DNA of 64,000 nt from an uncultured delta proteobacterium (GCA_963847445.1 CAWJZV010000002.1:96001-160000), one strand, 5' to 3'; shown: positions 12,513-23,476, counted from the stretch's first letter. The notes: generated by a model not told the origin, from the letters alone. Translations and numbers: made by a program.

Positions 12513-13892
12513 TCATTCCAACGGCTTCAACTCGCCGAGCATGGTCGGTATCAATTCCGTAACGGTTGGATGAATATGCATGGCGCGCTGGATCACGGTA
12601 TAGGGCGCTTTGGCATACATCACATCCAGGATCGAATGGATCACCTCATCGCACTCAATGCCGAGGAGCGACGCGCCGAGGATTTCTTTGCTCTCAGCGT
12701 CGATAAGAACTTTCATAAATCCTTGGGTCTCGCCTTTCTCCACAGCGCGGCCAACCCGGGTCATCGGGCGTTTCCCAAGTAAAGCTTTGCGCCCGGTTTT
12801 GCGCACTTCCGCCTCGGTCATTCCGGCTCGCCCCAACGGCGGATCGATGTAGAGCGCGTAGGCGGTGATGCGGTCACTCACCCGGCGCGGGTCGCCGTCC
12901 AGGAGATTGGCGGCGACGATTTCGTAGTCGTTGTATGCCGTATGCGTGAATGCTCCTCGCCCATTGCAATCGCCCAGGGCGTAGAGGCCGGAGACGTTGG
13001 TGCGGAGTTGATCGTCCACCTCGATGTAGCCACGCTGATCGATCGTGACCCCCGCGTTTTTCAGTCCGAGGTCGTCGGTGTTCGGCACCCGGCCCATGGC
13101 GAGAAGTAAATGCGAACCGACGACGGTCTTATCGCCGCCGCTGCAATCGACGTTGACGGCCACCTTGTCGCCGCGCTTTTCCAAGGCGATGCATTGGGCG
13201 CTCAGTCGAAGGTTGATGCCTTCGGCTTCAAGGATTGCGCCGATGGCTTGGGAAACGTCCACATCCTCGCGCTGTATCAAGCGCGGCGCCATTTCGACTA
13301 TCGTCACCTCACTGCCAAAGCGGCGGTACATCTGGGCGAACTCCAAACCGATATAGCTGCCGCCGATGACGATCAGATGCTCGGGCACAAAGTCTACATC
13401 CATCATGGTCGAGTTGGTGAAATAGCTGACCTGATCGTGGCCGGGCAACGCGGGAGTTGCGGCGCGCCCGCCAACGTTGATGAAAATTCTCTCGGCTTCG
13501 ATAATCTCATCGCCGACACGCACCTGATGCGCATCTTCAAAGCGCCCGTGGCCTTGGTAGATCGTCACATTCTCAGTGCCTCTCAACCACTGCTCCAGGC
13601 CTTCATTGGAGCGGCGGACCACCGCATCCTTGCGCGCTTTGACTTTCTTCATGTCGACGGTGATCGAACCATCGATCGTCACGCCAAATTCCTCGCCGCG
13701 GCGCGCGACATGCGCCGCGCGCGCGCTGGCGATCAGCGTCTTGGTTGGAATGCAGCCGTTGTTGACACAGGTGCCACCGAAGCGTTTGCGTTCGATGATC
13801 GCCACTTTCATTCCGGCGCCGGCTAATCGCCCGGCAAGCGATGGACCGGCCTGGCCAGTGCCGATAATGATAGCGTCATATTTAGTTGCCAT
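12513..13892 (-). CDS. FAD-dependent pyridine nucleotide-disulfide oxidoreductase (MerA/Lpd-like)
   Basis: GTGQAG, GGTCVNNGCIP, GGSYIGLE, HIHPT; no MerA C-terminal Cys-Cys. Confidence 0.92.
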   Translation of the reverse strand: MATKYDAIIIGTGQAGPSLAGRLAGAGMKVAIIERKRFGGTCVNNGCIPTKTLIASARAAHVARRGEEFGVTIDGSITVDMKKVKARKDAVVRRSNEGLEQWLRGTENVTIYQGHGRFEDAHQVRVGDEIIEAERIFINVGGRAATPALPGHDQVSYFTNSTMMDVDFVPEHLIVIGGSYIGLEFAQMYRRFGSEVTIVEMAPRLIQREDVDVSQAIGAILEAEGINLRLSAQCIALEKRGDKVAVNVDCSGGDKTVVGSHLLLAMGRVPNTDDLGLKNAGVTIDQRGYIEVDDQLRTNVSGLYALGDCNGRGAFTHTAYNDYEIVAANLLDGDPRRVSDRITAYALYIDPPLGRAGMTEAEVRKTGRKALLGKRPMTRVGRAVEKGETQGFMKVLIDAESKEILGASLLGIECDEVIHSILDVMYAKAPYTVIQRAMHIHPTVTELIPTMLGELKPLE

Positions 13893-14082
13893 TGTATTGG
13901 ACCTCCAAATCGTCGAACCGAGTCAATATCTCTACGATATGCTTAGCAGCTGCTGAAAAAAAAGTTCGGAATGCTTCGACGGCCTCGGCCTGAACGGAAA
14001 GTCTTCAATGAGATCGATGCCTCTCCGTTCGTCCACTCTGCCTGTCGCCGTGATGGCATCCAGCTTGGCCTGGTCGGTGTGG

Positions 14083-14205
14083 TTATTTTGCATCGTGAAA
14101 AATAATTCCCAAAGTGTATCGCTCGCCGGAACGCACGGTGCTGACGCCGTGACGAAGGTTGGCCCGGTAGTAGCCGCGCGCGCCAATGGTCGATGGCATT
14201 GTCAT
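14083..14205 (-). pseudogene. Internally deleted 2OG-Fe(II) oxygenase (DUF2086-like) remnant
   Basis: Manual translation MTMPSTI-GARGYYRANLRHGVSTVRSGERYTLGIIFHDAK*, resembling the C-terminus of the oxygenase seen in ada/alkB clusters. Confidence 0.7.
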
Positions 14206-14229
14206 CGGAAATTTCTCGCAGCAATTTAT

Positions 14230-14727
14230 TTATACAACAGTGGAACGGGTTTCGAGAGCCAGAAGCGCGGCTTTCGTGGCGATCCCGCCGGCAAAGCCGG
14301 TAAGCGATCCGTCCGCGCCGACGACCCGGTGACAGGGCACGATGATCGACAAAGGATTCTTGCTGTTGGCGGCGCCGACGGCGCGAGCGGCTTTGGCAGA
14401 ACCGATCGCCTTGGCCAGATCGAGATAGCTCCTGGTTTGACCGAACGGTATCTCTCTCAAGGCGCGCCAGACCTTCTTCTGAAACTCGCTGCCGCCGGGC
14501 TGAAGCGGAAGATCGAAGCAGGTTCTTGCGCCGGAGAAATATTCCCTAAGCTGGCGCTCTGCCTCCAACAAGATGGGCTGCTGCGGCGCCAACGTTGCGA
14601 TATCAAGCTTTACTCGGTTTGGCTGCTCGCGTTCCCAGAGAACCGCCACCAAAGCGTTGGAGTTTGCGACCAGTTTGAGCTTGCCGACGGGGGATTCGAA
14701 CTCTTTGTAAAGTAGCGTCATGGTCAT
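14230..14727 (-). CDS. ogt: Methylated-DNA--protein-cysteine S-methyltransferase
   Basis: FQKKVW..L..IPFG, ARAVGAA, NP...VPCHRV. Confidence 0.93.
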   Translation of the reverse strand: MTMTLLYKEFESPVGKLKLVANSNALVAVLWEREQPNRVKLDIATLAPQQPILLEAERQLREYFSGARTCFDLPLQPGGSEFQKKVWRALREIPFGQTRSYLDLAKAIGSAKAARAVGAANSKNPLSIIVPCHRVVGADGSLTGFAGGIATKAALLALETRSTVV

Positions 14728-15656
14728 TCTCCTTTTTGCTTTTCGACAGGCTTCGAGCGAATTCCTGCCACAGATACGTCGCCGCGTAGGCTCGCCAGGG
14801 TTTGATCAGTGCCAAATCCAGCTCAGGATGAAGCAAAAGCGCGCGCTTAAGAATCAAATCCGTCTTGGGAAACGCGTCCGTGTCACCGATGGCCCGCAGG
14901 CTGATATATTCAGCCGACCAGGGGCCGAGACCTTTGGTGTCGAGCAGCGCCTTGCGGAACGCTGCGCGATCTTGAGTTTCGCCAAGAGAAATAGCGCCGC
15001 TCAGCACGCGCCGGCTGAAGTCGCGTATCGCCTCCCGGCGCGCGATCGTGGTTCTCACCGCGCTCAGATCGGCGTTCGCCAAGACTGCGGCTTCGGGAAA
15101 CAAGCGGATATTTTCTCCCGACGAAGGATGCGCGATCGCCGCTCCATAATTGAGCACGAGTTGGCCGATCAGATTCGCCCTTTGCTGTGCTGAAACCAAT
15201 TGCCCCAGGATCGAGCAGATCGCCGTTTCGAACGGATCCCACCCTCGCGGCAGTCGCAAACCCGGAGAGCGCTGGCAAAGCGCTGCGAGCAGAGGAATTC
15301 GCCTAAAGCTTTTCCTCAATCACCATGGGATCACAGTCCAAATCGAACATTTTTCTTACTCTCTCGACGACATCTGCTCTTATCTCGGGCTGGTCGGGTG
15401 CAATGCGAACTTTGAGCTGCGCCACGCCGACCACTGATTCTATGCGAACAATTCCGGTTCGGCCTGCTATGTGAAACACTCGCTCGAAGGAGTTTGCCGT
15501 GACCCGTTCCAGCCCTGGAATCAGATGCGATTGGTAAAATCGCATGATCGCCTGCCAATCGTAGGGTGATTTAAACGGCAGATCGATCTCGATGTCGTCC
15601 GTGTCACCAGCCTTGGAGCGCTTCGCCCGTCCTGTCCGTTGGAGTCTCAAGGTCAA
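14603..15656 (-). CDS. alkA: DNA-3-methyladenine glycosylase II, frameshift near 15310; true end probably near 14720
   Basis: AlkA N-domain (LPFKSPYDW), PGLRLP..WDPFE, ILGQ.VS, KGLGPWSAEY..LR, PWRAYA. Confidence 0.85.
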
Positions 15657-15659
15657 TCT

Positions 15660-16475
15660 CTAATCCGGCTGACAGATTTTGCACGCGCGCATGCCGGCTC
15701 GTTTCGCCTCTCTAGCATCGGCGAAATACAAGATGCGCGCTCGGTCGACGCGCGCGGCGGTCCGGCAATTGACCCGGCAGTAGATTTTGCTTCCTTGGTG
15801 GCCCCAGACGACGTTGTCGGGAAGGCGCACAGCCGCCTGCGCCAGCGCAAAACCCTCGCTGCGCAGTAGTTGCAACTTACGCGGGATGCCCCCGCCATAG
15901 CCGCCGATCCCGCCGTCCGAGGCGATCACGCGGTGGCATGGAACATAGATCGGCACCGGATTATTGTGCATTGCATTACCGACCGCTCTCGCTCCCTTGG
16001 GCGCCCCGGCGGCGGCGCCCAAAGCCTGGTAGCTGACCACAGCGCCGCGCGGGACTTCCTGGAGCTTATGCAAAATATTCTTTTGGAACGTAGTGGCCAC
16101 CAGTGTCAAGTCGACTTTTTGGCGCAGCGCTTTTGCCTCTCCGGCGAGATAACGACGAATCTCTTCGCCGACCTCGCTAATCGTCCGTCGATCGTCGACG
16201 AGATCGAGTTCGCATCGAAGTTTTGCCATCGTAACCGCCAGGTCGTCACCGTCGAGCAAGTAATGATTGAGCGCGATGCCTCGGCCAGTCATGGCCACGA
16301 GCAGATCACCCAACGGTGATTTCACGATGCCCACCGCCGCGTCCGGGCGCCGAATCTGTTTCAGCGCATGATCGACCCGGCTGCGGGATTGACGCAACAA
16401 TGCATCGATTCCATGTTCTTCTTGGTTTCTGCCGATTGACCCGATGAGCTTTTCGATTTTCATAAACATCACCAC
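15660..16475 (-). CDS. Ogt-type methyltransferase fused to a C-terminal Ada Zn-binding domain
   Basis: VPCHRV followed by KIYCRVNC...AGMRACKICQP. Confidence 0.88.
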   Translation of the reverse strand: MVMFMKIEKLIGSIGRNQEEHGIDALLRQSRSRVDHALKQIRRPDAAVGIVKSPLGDLLVAMTGRGIALNHYLLDGDDLAVTMAKLRCELDLVDDRRTISEVGEEIRRYLAGEAKALRQKVDLTLVATTFQKNILHKLQEVPRGAVVSYQALGAAAGAPKGARAVGNAMHNNPVPIYVPCHRVIASDGGIGGYGGGIPRKLQLLRSEGFALAQAAVRLPDNVVWGHQGSKIYCRVNCRTAARVDRARILYFADAREAKRAGMRACKICQPD

Positions 16476-16990
16476 ATCGACTTGATTTTTCTGATCGCCT
16501 GGGAAACATTCGCGCGCGCGCCCTGGGCCGAGCAGTCCATCGCGGCAGCTATCTCCGCGTAGTCCAGACCGGCGAAGCAGCGCAGCTGCAGCGCTTCGCG
16601 TTGTTTCGGCGGCAGTGAGCCAATCAGCTCGCGCATGCGCACAACCGCGTAACCGTCGTTTTCACTAAACCCACGATGATGAGCTTTGCCGAGCCGATCC
16701 GGCTGCGGATTTTTCTTTTCGACAACAACGATCACCCGCGCTCGGCGCGCACGGTCACGCGCCCGATTACGACACAGGTTGATAGCGATGGCGTATAGCC
16801 ACGGCCTGACGTCGCTCTCCGGCTCAAGCCGCGGATAGGCGCGATAGGCGCGCAGCCAGGTTTCCTGAAACAAGTCCGCGGCGTCGGCGCCGTTGCCCGA
16901 CAAGCGCAGCAGATAGCGCAGGATCTCCCGTTGGTGGCGTTGCATGATCTGCTCGAAGGGAAGCGGTATTGGTAATTTCTCGCGCGCCAT
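16469..16990 (-). CDS. ECF sigma factor
   Basis: DAADLFQETWLRAY, WLYAIA.NLCRN, LP.KQREAL, YAEIAA. Confidence 0.92.
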   Translation of the reverse strand: MAREKLPIPLPFEQIMQRHQREILRYLLRLSGNGADAADLFQETWLRAYRAYPRLEPESDVRPWLYAIAINLCRNRARDRARRARVIVVVEKKNPQPDRLGKAHHRGFSENDGYAVVRMRELIGSLPPKQREALQLRCFAGLDYAEIAAAMDCSAQGARANVSQAIRKIKSMW

Positions 16991-17043
16991 ATGTCTCTTT
17001 AAACCCCGCAAACGGGCAAATGTGAAAAATCTCCGTCCAAATA

Positions 17044-17161
17044 ATCAACCGGGCATTTCGCGATCGGGGTATGAACCCCGCTCGCGACCAAAGGGGATGT
17101 TCAACCCCCTTTGGAAACCCCAGCAATTTTGTGCCCGCAGCAAGCTGCGGGGAATATTGGA
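17044..17161. mobile_element. Palindromic MITE-like element, copy 2 (118 bp)
   Basis: Near-identical to copy 1, followed by TTGAA; about 50 bp upstream of the ECF start. Confidence 0.85.
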
Positions 17162-17182
17162 TTGAAAGTTGAACCGTCCGCA

Positions 17183-17881
17183 TCAGTTTAGATCGAACAG
17201 GATAATCTCAGCGTCTTCGACGGCCGTGAATTCCAATAGCTCTTCCTGACTGACGGCGGCGCCGTCGCCCGCCCGCAAAAGCGTGCCGTTGAGCGTGCCG
17301 GCGCCCCGCGCGATATGCGTCCAGGCGCGGCGGCTCGGCTTTAGGCGAAAACTTGCCTGCGCGCCGGAGGCAAAGCGCGCCGCCCAGATCTCGACATTCT
17401 GATGCACTGTGACCGATTCATCGCGTCCTGCTTCCGAACCGATGAGAATCCACTTGTTGCGCTGCTCAGCGAGCGGGAATGGCCGTTGCTCGTAAGCCGG
17501 CGCCAGCCCCGTCTTGTTTGGCATGATCCAGATTTGCAGGAAGTGCACCGGCTCGGTTGGCGACGCGTTGTATTCGCTGTGACTGATGCCGGTTCCCGCG
17601 CTCATCCGTTGGACATCGCCGACGTGAATGACCGAGCTCGTCCCCGTGCTGTCTTTATGCGCCAGCGCTCCTTCGAGCACGTAGGTGACGATATCCATGT
17701 CGCGGTGCGAGTGGGTCGGAAACCCGGCGCCGGCAGCGACGCGGTCCTCATTGATCACTCTGAGATCGCTGAAGCTCATGTGTTGCGGGTCGTGATAGTC
17801 ACCGAACGAGAAGGTGTGACGGCTGTCGAGCCAGTTCAGTTTAGTTCGTCCCCGATCATTACTGCGGCGCAGTTGGATCAT
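17183..17881 (-). CDS. Pirin-family protein (YhhW-like)
   Basis: WLDSRHTFSF, LRVINED, H.HRDM, MSAGTGISHSE, FLQIW. Confidence 0.93.
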   Translation of the reverse strand: MIQLRRSNDRGRTKLNWLDSRHTFSFGDYHDPQHMSFSDLRVINEDRVAAGAGFPTHSHRDMDIVTYVLEGALAHKDSTGTSSVIHVGDVQRMSAGTGISHSEYNASPTEPVHFLQIWIMPNKTGLAPAYEQRPFPLAEQRNKWILIGSEAGRDESVTVHQNVEIWAARFASGAQASFRLKPSRRAWTHIARGAGTLNGTLLRAGDGAAVSQEELLEFTAVEDAEIILFDLN

Positions 17882-17990
17882 GTGAGCCTCCCGATGGAAT
17901 GATTTCGTTTATGTTCTTGTCAGGCAGCAGCGCCGCTCAGGACAATGCAAGTGAATAAGTTGCTACGCATAATATCCACCGGTGCTCGAG

Positions 17991-18510
17991 TTAGTGAAGC
18001 CATGAATGACAAAGCTGCACTAACGCCGGCATGACGATCCAAGTAAGACAGAGAACAATTGCCGCGGCGACGAGGGCAGAGCTCACGGGGTACGGAAGAC
18101 CGGAGAGATACGGTACGAGTACAACCGCGATAAGCGCACTGGTCGGCCAGACACCGACCCAGGTCAAAAGCGCCATCTTCCATCGCGGCGGCGAATCCGT
18201 GGTGTGAAACCAAGCCTCGAGACCATGCAGTTCTCGATAAGTCCGTTCTCCTTCGGTCAATGTGGCTACCTGCTTCTGCCATTGTCCGAACCGGTCCGAG
18301 CTATAGAACTCGTCTCGCTCATGCTCGTTGGTGAAAGTTCGCAGAACACCGTACTCGCGAGTGTTCGAGCCCTGCGGGCGGAGATATGAGATGCACCCCC
18401 AAGACTCCGTCACGGGCGAGCGAATCCTTGAACAATTCTCGCAGACTTTCCTCGAAGGCGCGCTCGCAACCGGGTTTTACTTTACGGGTGATCGCCACAT
18501 GGATTGGCAT
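17991..18510 (-). CDS. ABM-domain membrane protein, frameshift near 18390
   Basis: MPIHVAITRKVKPGCE joined to GLEAWF..PPRWKMALLTW. Confidence 0.75.
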
Positions 18511-18547
18511 AGTCGTCCTCGTATATGACCGTTGTGTTTCAATCGCG

Positions 18548-18815
18548 TCAGACAAAGCATCCACAGCCGAACCACCAGGGGCTCGCCATGGCGCGGCGCG
18601 TGCCACAACTTCCCTCGGCGGCAAGTTTGGCCGAGGCGATCATATGACTCGTTCGCGCCGCTGCCGTGGTTGGAGAACCCGATCGCCAATGGCCGCCGTA
18701 ATTCTTAACCGGAGACCAGTCCGGCGACACGGGCAACGGCGGCGGCGCGAGCCGGTCGAACGGCGCCGCCGCGTACACGACTTTGCCGCCGACCATCGTC
18801 AACAAAACCGCAGCA
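18548..18815 (-). pseudogene. C-terminal remnant of a YtcJ-like amidohydrolase
   Basis: VLLTMVGGKVVYAAAPF..LAPPPLPVSPDWSPV...GCGCFV only. Confidence 0.7.
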
Positions 18816-18875
18816 TGCCGCATTGGAGATTATTAATGTTGCTTGCCCGGCGCGACCCTTGCCTCAACGCTTCCG

Positions 18876-19901
18876 TTAGTGATCCATTGTCAGCACGGCG
18901 CGAAAACGCGCCTTGCCGCTCATCATGTGTTCGTAGGCTTCGGCGGCACGCTCCAGCGGAAAGATTTCATTCATCGCCCGCACGCCGGTGAGCACGCTGA
19001 AGGCGAGCGTATCCTGCGAATCGATGGAGCTGCCGGAGGGCCAGCCGATGATCGAGCGTCTTCCCAGCAGCAGCGGAATCGCCGGCACTTGCAGCGGCTC
19101 GGCGGCGGCACCGAGGATTATCAGTTTCCCGTTGACGCCGAGACCGCCCAACGACCGCGCTCATCGCTTCGCCGCTCGTCACGGTCGCGAGGATGACCTT
19201 CGCGCCGCCGAGCTTCAGCAACTCCGCGGCCGGATCTTGGGCTTGACTATCGATGTAGATGAGCCGCACCGAGCTTCCGCGCCAGCGGTTCCTTGTCCAT
19301 CCCTCGCGCGATGGCAACGGTTCTAAAACCCATCTTCGCGGCGAACTGAATCCCCAAATGGCCAAGGCCGCCGATTCCAAGTATGGCGACGAGATCGCCG
19401 GGCCGCGCGCCGCTGTTGCGCAGCGAGTTGAAAGTGGTGACGCCCGCGCACATCAGCGGCGCGGCCTCGACGGCTGAAAGTTCGTCCGGAATCAGCGCCA
19501 ACGCACCGGCCGGAGCGATCATGTATTCGGCGTAGCCGCCGTCGTAGGCGATGCCGGGCACTTGGAAGGCGATTTGGCAGGTAACAAAATCACCGCGCCG
19601 GCAGGAATCGCAGTAACCGCAGTTGCCACCGTGCCAACCGACTCCGACCCGTTGGCCCACTGTCCAGCCAACGACGCCTGTCCCCAGCGCATCGACAATT
19701 CCGGCGATCTCATGTCCAGGCACCCGCGGGTATTGAATACCCGGCCAGGCTGCCTTCCTTGGTAAAAGAATCGCTGTGGCAAACGCCGCAAGCTTCAACC
19801 TTGACGCGCACCGAACCGGCGCCGGGTTCCGGGATTTCGCGTTCAACAATTTCAAAGGGTCCATTCGGACGAGTGACTTGCGCTACACGCATCTTTGCCA
19901 T
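18876..19901 (-). CDS. Zn-dependent alcohol dehydrogenase, about three frameshifts
   Basis: CGVCHSD, PGHE, CGYCDSC, PLMCAGVT, GIGGLG across ORF pieces. Confidence 0.88.
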
Positions 19902-19926
19902 AATTCCTCCTCGATTTATGCCAACC

Positions 19927-20985
19927 TCAAGCGATCGGGACCTTCGGCGGTTCCAACTGCTCGGGCTGGTTTCCTGAAATTGCGGCTCGAGAACCCTGGG
20001 TCTGCTCGTGCGGTGTGCCGAGCGCAACCTGACTGGTCTCATTGAGTCGCGCGAGCTGATTTTCCGCGAGTTGTAGGTTAAGGGCGCTTAGCGTCCCCGC
20101 GAGTTGTTCGGGCGTGCGCGGACCGAGGATTGGAATCAGCGCCGTCGTCGATTCTCGCGCCTTGTGCAGCAGCCAGGCGATGGCGACCTCCGTCGGCGAC
20201 GCTCCACCATCCTTCGCCACCGCCATCACCGCATCGAGGATCGCGCTCTCGCGCGCCGTCTTCTCGGTGTGGACCAATCTGGCAAGCACCGAGTTGATGC
20301 GCCCCGCGTCGCTCTGGCGATATTTGCCGGTGAGAAATCCGCCGCCGAGGGGCGACCATAGCGCGACTCCCAAGCCGAGCGCTTCGGCCATCGGCAATAG
20401 CTCGCGATCCGCCGTGCGCTCGGCAAGGCTATACTCGATCTGAATGCCGGCGAGCGGCGACCAGCCGCGCAATTCCGCCAAGAGATCGCCGCGGGCAACA
20501 CGCCAGGCGGGAAAGTTGGACAGACCGGCGTAGAGAATCTTGCCGGCGCGCACCAGGTCGTCGAAGCCGCGCAAGATTTCTTCCATCGGCGTCGTGCCGT
20601 CGGCGAAGTGCGCCCAGTAAAGATCGATGCGATCGGTCTTGAGCCGTTTAAGGCTGCCCTCGACGGAACGCACCATGTTCTTGCGGCTGTTGCCGGTGCG
20701 TGAAATGCCCTCACTGGCGGTGGTTCCCAAGGTATATTTCGTGGCGACGACGAAATAATCGCGATCCGACGCGATAAAATCACCGACCAACTCCTCGGAC
20801 TCGCCGAACTGGTAGCTATCGGCGGTGTCGATAAAGTTGCCGCCGGCTTCGACGTAGCCATCGAAGACTTTTTTCGCTTCCGCGCGCTCGGCGCCATGGC
20901 CCCAGCGGGTGCCGAAGTTGCCGGCGCCCAAGGCAAGCTCGGATACGCGCAAGCCGGTTCGGCGTCCAAAGATTTTGTATCGCAT
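19927..20985 (-). CDS. Aldo/keto reductase
   Basis: GGNFIDTADSY, ATKY, SLKRLKTDRIDLY, WSPLGGG. Confidence 0.93.
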   Translation of the reverse strand: MRYKIFGRRTGLRVSELALGAGNFGTRWGHGAERAEAKKVFDGYVEAGGNFIDTADSYQFGESEELVGDFIASDRDYFVVATKYTLGTTASEGISRTGNSRKNMVRSVEGSLKRLKTDRIDLYWAHFADGTTPMEEILRGFDDLVRAGKILYAGLSNFPAWRVARGDLLAELRGWSPLAGIQIEYSLAERTADRELLPMAEALGLGVALWSPLGGGFLTGKYRQSDAGRINSVLARLVHTEKTARESAILDAVMAVAKDGGASPTEVAIAWLLHKARESTTALIPILGPRTPEQLAGTLSALNLQLAENQLARLNETSQVALGTPHEQTQGSRAAISGNQPEQLEPPKVPIA

Positions 20986-21093
20986 TGCACTACTCCTCAA
21001 TTTCAATCAAGCGTATCGCTGAAATCTTTTCGGCCAGTTGAACCAATTGATCTTGATCGACGGCTAGGATCCCTTCGCCAGCTAACTCCCGCA

Positions 21094-21225
21094 TCATGCG
21101 GCAAACCCGTCGTCGATTTTTAGACTGGCGCCGGTGACGAAAGCCGCTTCCGGACTCGCGATATAGGCAACCATGGCAGCGACTTCGTCCCCCTGGCCGT
21201 AGCGCCCCAGCGCGATCAAAATCAT
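21094..21225 (-). pseudogene. Internally deleted SDR oxidoreductase remnant
   Basis: RBS and ATG joined in frame to IALGRYGQGDEVAAMVAYIASPEAAFVTGASLKIDDGFAA*. Confidence 0.75.
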
Positions 21226-21245
21226 TGAACTGCTCCTCGTTGATT

Positions 21246-21261
21246 TGCAACTATGCTGCCC
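21246..21261 (-). promoter_or_regulatory. Candidate sigma-54 promoter
   Basis: GGGCAGCATAGTTGCA (GG-N10-GC); very close to the RBS, so uncertain. Confidence 0.4.
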
Positions 21262-21456
21262 GGACAATTTCAACTGTCGCTTGTGATTGATGAAGGCGAT
21301 TAATCTCACGCGCTCTGCGCATTGGACACCTGCGCAAAGTCCGTGGACTGCGCTAGCTTTCGCCACGCGGCGAACTCGCTCGCTACTTCGGCAAGTTTCG
21401 CCTCAACTCTACCTGGCAACCTGCCATTAACGATCATATTCGCCTGAGCGACCCAG

Positions 21457-22290
21457 CTACGCCTTGATGAACGCCAGCAAATCCTCGTTGATCTGATCCT
21501 TATGCGTCGTGCACATGCCATGCGGCAGGCCGGGATAAACTTTCAACGTGGAACCCTTGACGAGTTTGGCCGACAGCATCGCCGAAGCACCGATGGGCAC
21601 GATCTGGTCGTCGTCGCCGTGCATGATCAGGGTCGGCACGTCGATTTTTTTGAGATCTTCGGTGAGATCGGTTTCGGAGAAAGCCTTGATGCAAAAGTAG
21701 GCCGCCGGAAATCCGGCCATCATCCCCTGCAACCAGAACGAGTTTCGAACCCCTTCGGAAACCTTCGCTGCCGGCCGGTTGTAGCCGTAGAATGGCAACG
21801 TCAGCTCTTTGAAGAATTGCGAGCGGTCGGCGACGACGCCGGCGCGGATGCCATCGAAGACTTCCATAGGTAAGCCGCCGGGATTGGCCGCCGTCTTGAG
21901 CATCAGCGGCGGCACCGCGCCGATCAACACGGCTTTGGCCACGCGCTTGGTGCCGTGCCGGCCGATATAGCGGGTGACTTCACCGCCGCCGGTCGAGTGG
22001 CCGACGTGGATCGCGTTCTTCAAGTCGAGCGCTTCGACCAGCTTCGCCAGGTCGTCGGCGTAGGTGTCCATGTCGTTGCCGCTCCACGGCTGGCTCGATC
22101 GGCCGTGGCCGCGCCGGTCATGGGCGATGCAGCGAAAACCGCGCGATGCCAGATAGAACATCTGGTCTTCCCACGCATCCGCGCTCAGCGGCCAGCCGTG
22201 ACTGAAGACGACGGGCTGGCCGCTGCCCCAGTCGTTATAGTAGAGTTCGATGTCTTTAGAATGTTCTTTGCCGATGGTGATGTAGGGCAT
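21457..22290 (-). CDS. cpo: Non-heme chloroperoxidase/perhydrolase (alpha/beta hydrolase)
   Basis: [35 protein letters not shown]. Confidence 0.9.
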   Translation of the reverse strand: MPYITIGKEHSKDIELYYNDWGSGQPVVFSHGWPLSADAWEDQMFYLASRGFRCIAHDRRGHGRSSQPWSGNDMDTYADDLAKLVEALDLKNAIHVGHSTGGGEVTRYIGRHGTKRVAKAVLIGAVPPLMLKTAANPGGLPMEVFDGIRAGVVADRSQFFKELTLPFYGYNRPAAKVSEGVRNSFWLQGMMAGFPAAYFCIKAFSETDLTEDLKKIDVPTLIMHGDDDQIVPIGASAMLSAKLVKGSTLKVYPGLPHGMCTTHKDQINEDLLAFIKA

Positions 22291-22346
22291 TAGCAATTCT
22301 CCTCTATATGATTAAATTAATGTCGATTTTAATAGCCAATCATTGT

Positions 22347-22604
22347 TTATTGGTGCTCCCGCATCATCCATTCCCGTATGTAGGGCGAGCAGTGCAGCAG
22401 TTCGACGTTGTGCTCTTCGCAGCCATTGAGAAACCGAACGACCTCGACGTCCACCAGCGTCACGCCGTCGAGGTCCAATCCAATGCCGTCCCAATCACCT
22501 GCCAATTGTGCTTTGAGTTCATCCAGATGCTCTGCTTGCAGCCGACCGCTCAGGTGGATGATCGTCTTTGGCCCGGCGGAAACTTTTTCAATTTTCAATG
22601 TCAT
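22347..22604 (-). CDS. Small STAS-like protein
   Basis: MTLKIEK...LSGRL...LDLDGVTLVD...CSPYIREW. Confidence 0.75.
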   Translation of the reverse strand: MTLKIEKVSAGPKTIIHLSGRLQAEHLDELKAQLAGDWDGIGLDLDGVTLVDVEVVRFLNGCEEHNVELLHCSPYIREWMMREHQ

Positions 22605-22638
22605 TGCGATTTCTGTGACGGTAGCGACAAAACAGAAA

Positions 22639-22734
22639 TGCAATGAAGAGACCGCATGTAAGCTTCTGAAATATTTAGACTCAGAGATGAAGAGACTGCC
22701 GAACTTTCAGCATTTGCCGAATAATCGGCAAATG
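22639..22734 (-). promoter_or_regulatory. Sigma-54 promoter with tandem upstream activator sites
   Basis: CGGTCTCTTCATTGCA at 22639-22654; TGCCGAACTTTCAGCA-tt-TGCCGAATAATCGGCA at 22697-22730, the second within the perfect IR 22711-22734. Confidence 0.65.
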
Positions 22735-22804
22735 ATCAGGTCTGTCGACGCAGCGCTAAGGCACCAGAGCATTTAAGCGATCGGCGTCGAGCCGCCCTTT
22801 GTGG

Positions 22805-23476
22805 TCAATCATGTGAAGGCCCGGTTAGTTTCTCAAGCCGTTGCTGAAAATAGCTCTTCCAGCTTTGCGGAAGCGCCGCGACTTCAATGGCCTGGCGAAG
22901 CAATCCGATGTTGTGCTTTTCGTGCGTATAGAGGGCGGTGATATCGCTGAGCTTGAACCTGTCTTTGCTTGTTTCGATCAGTTCGATCGCGTCACCGCCG
23001 CCGACTTCACCCTCTTGCAGCACGGAAAAATAAAAACCCGTGCGCGCGCTCGCCATGAACCTCTTAACCATGTCAGAGCGGCCGAACTTGATGCCGAGCT
23101 TATAACAAGGCATACGGGGCTCGGTTACCATCACGGTGGCAGAGCCGACGCGAAACTTGTCGCCGATGTTTAGATCGGCTTCCAACACTCCCTTGGTCGT
23201 GAAGTTCTCACCGAACATGCCCCAGGGTAGTCTCATCTCAGGCAATTCGCGCTTCCAGTATTGGTAGTGCTCGGAGGGGTAAGCGTAGACCGCCTTGCTC
23301 GGTCCGCCGTGAACCGAGAGATCGGCCTGACGGTCGCCGTCGAGATTGAGGGTTCTCAGCACGACCCGGCCGGCCACCGGCTCTTTGAAAATTCCCGTTG
23401 ATATTGGATCGCCATTGCTCGTAACCACCCGGGGAAGACCAACATTAACGGAGACGAGCTTCATATCGGATTTCAT
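22805..23476 (-). CDS. MOSC-domain protein (YiiM-like)
   Basis: TGIFKEP, GDRQAD..HGG..KAVY, FGENFT, PRMPCYK, RTGFY. Confidence 0.9.
   Translation of the reverse strand: MKSDMKLVSVNVGLPRVVTSNGDPISTGIFKEPVAGRVVLRTLNLDGDRQADLSVHGGPSKAVYAYPSEHYQYWKRELPEMRLPWGMFGENFTTKGVLEADLNIGDKFRVGSATVMVTEPRMPCYKLGIKFGRSDMVKRFMASARTGFYFSVLQEGEVGGGDAIELIETSKDRFKLSDITALYTHEKHNIGLLRQAIEVAALPQSWKSYFQQRLEKLTGPSHD

Noticed and set aside
12513-13892. Mercuric reductase MerA
   Set aside because: No C-terminal Cys-Cys pair and no mer operon genes
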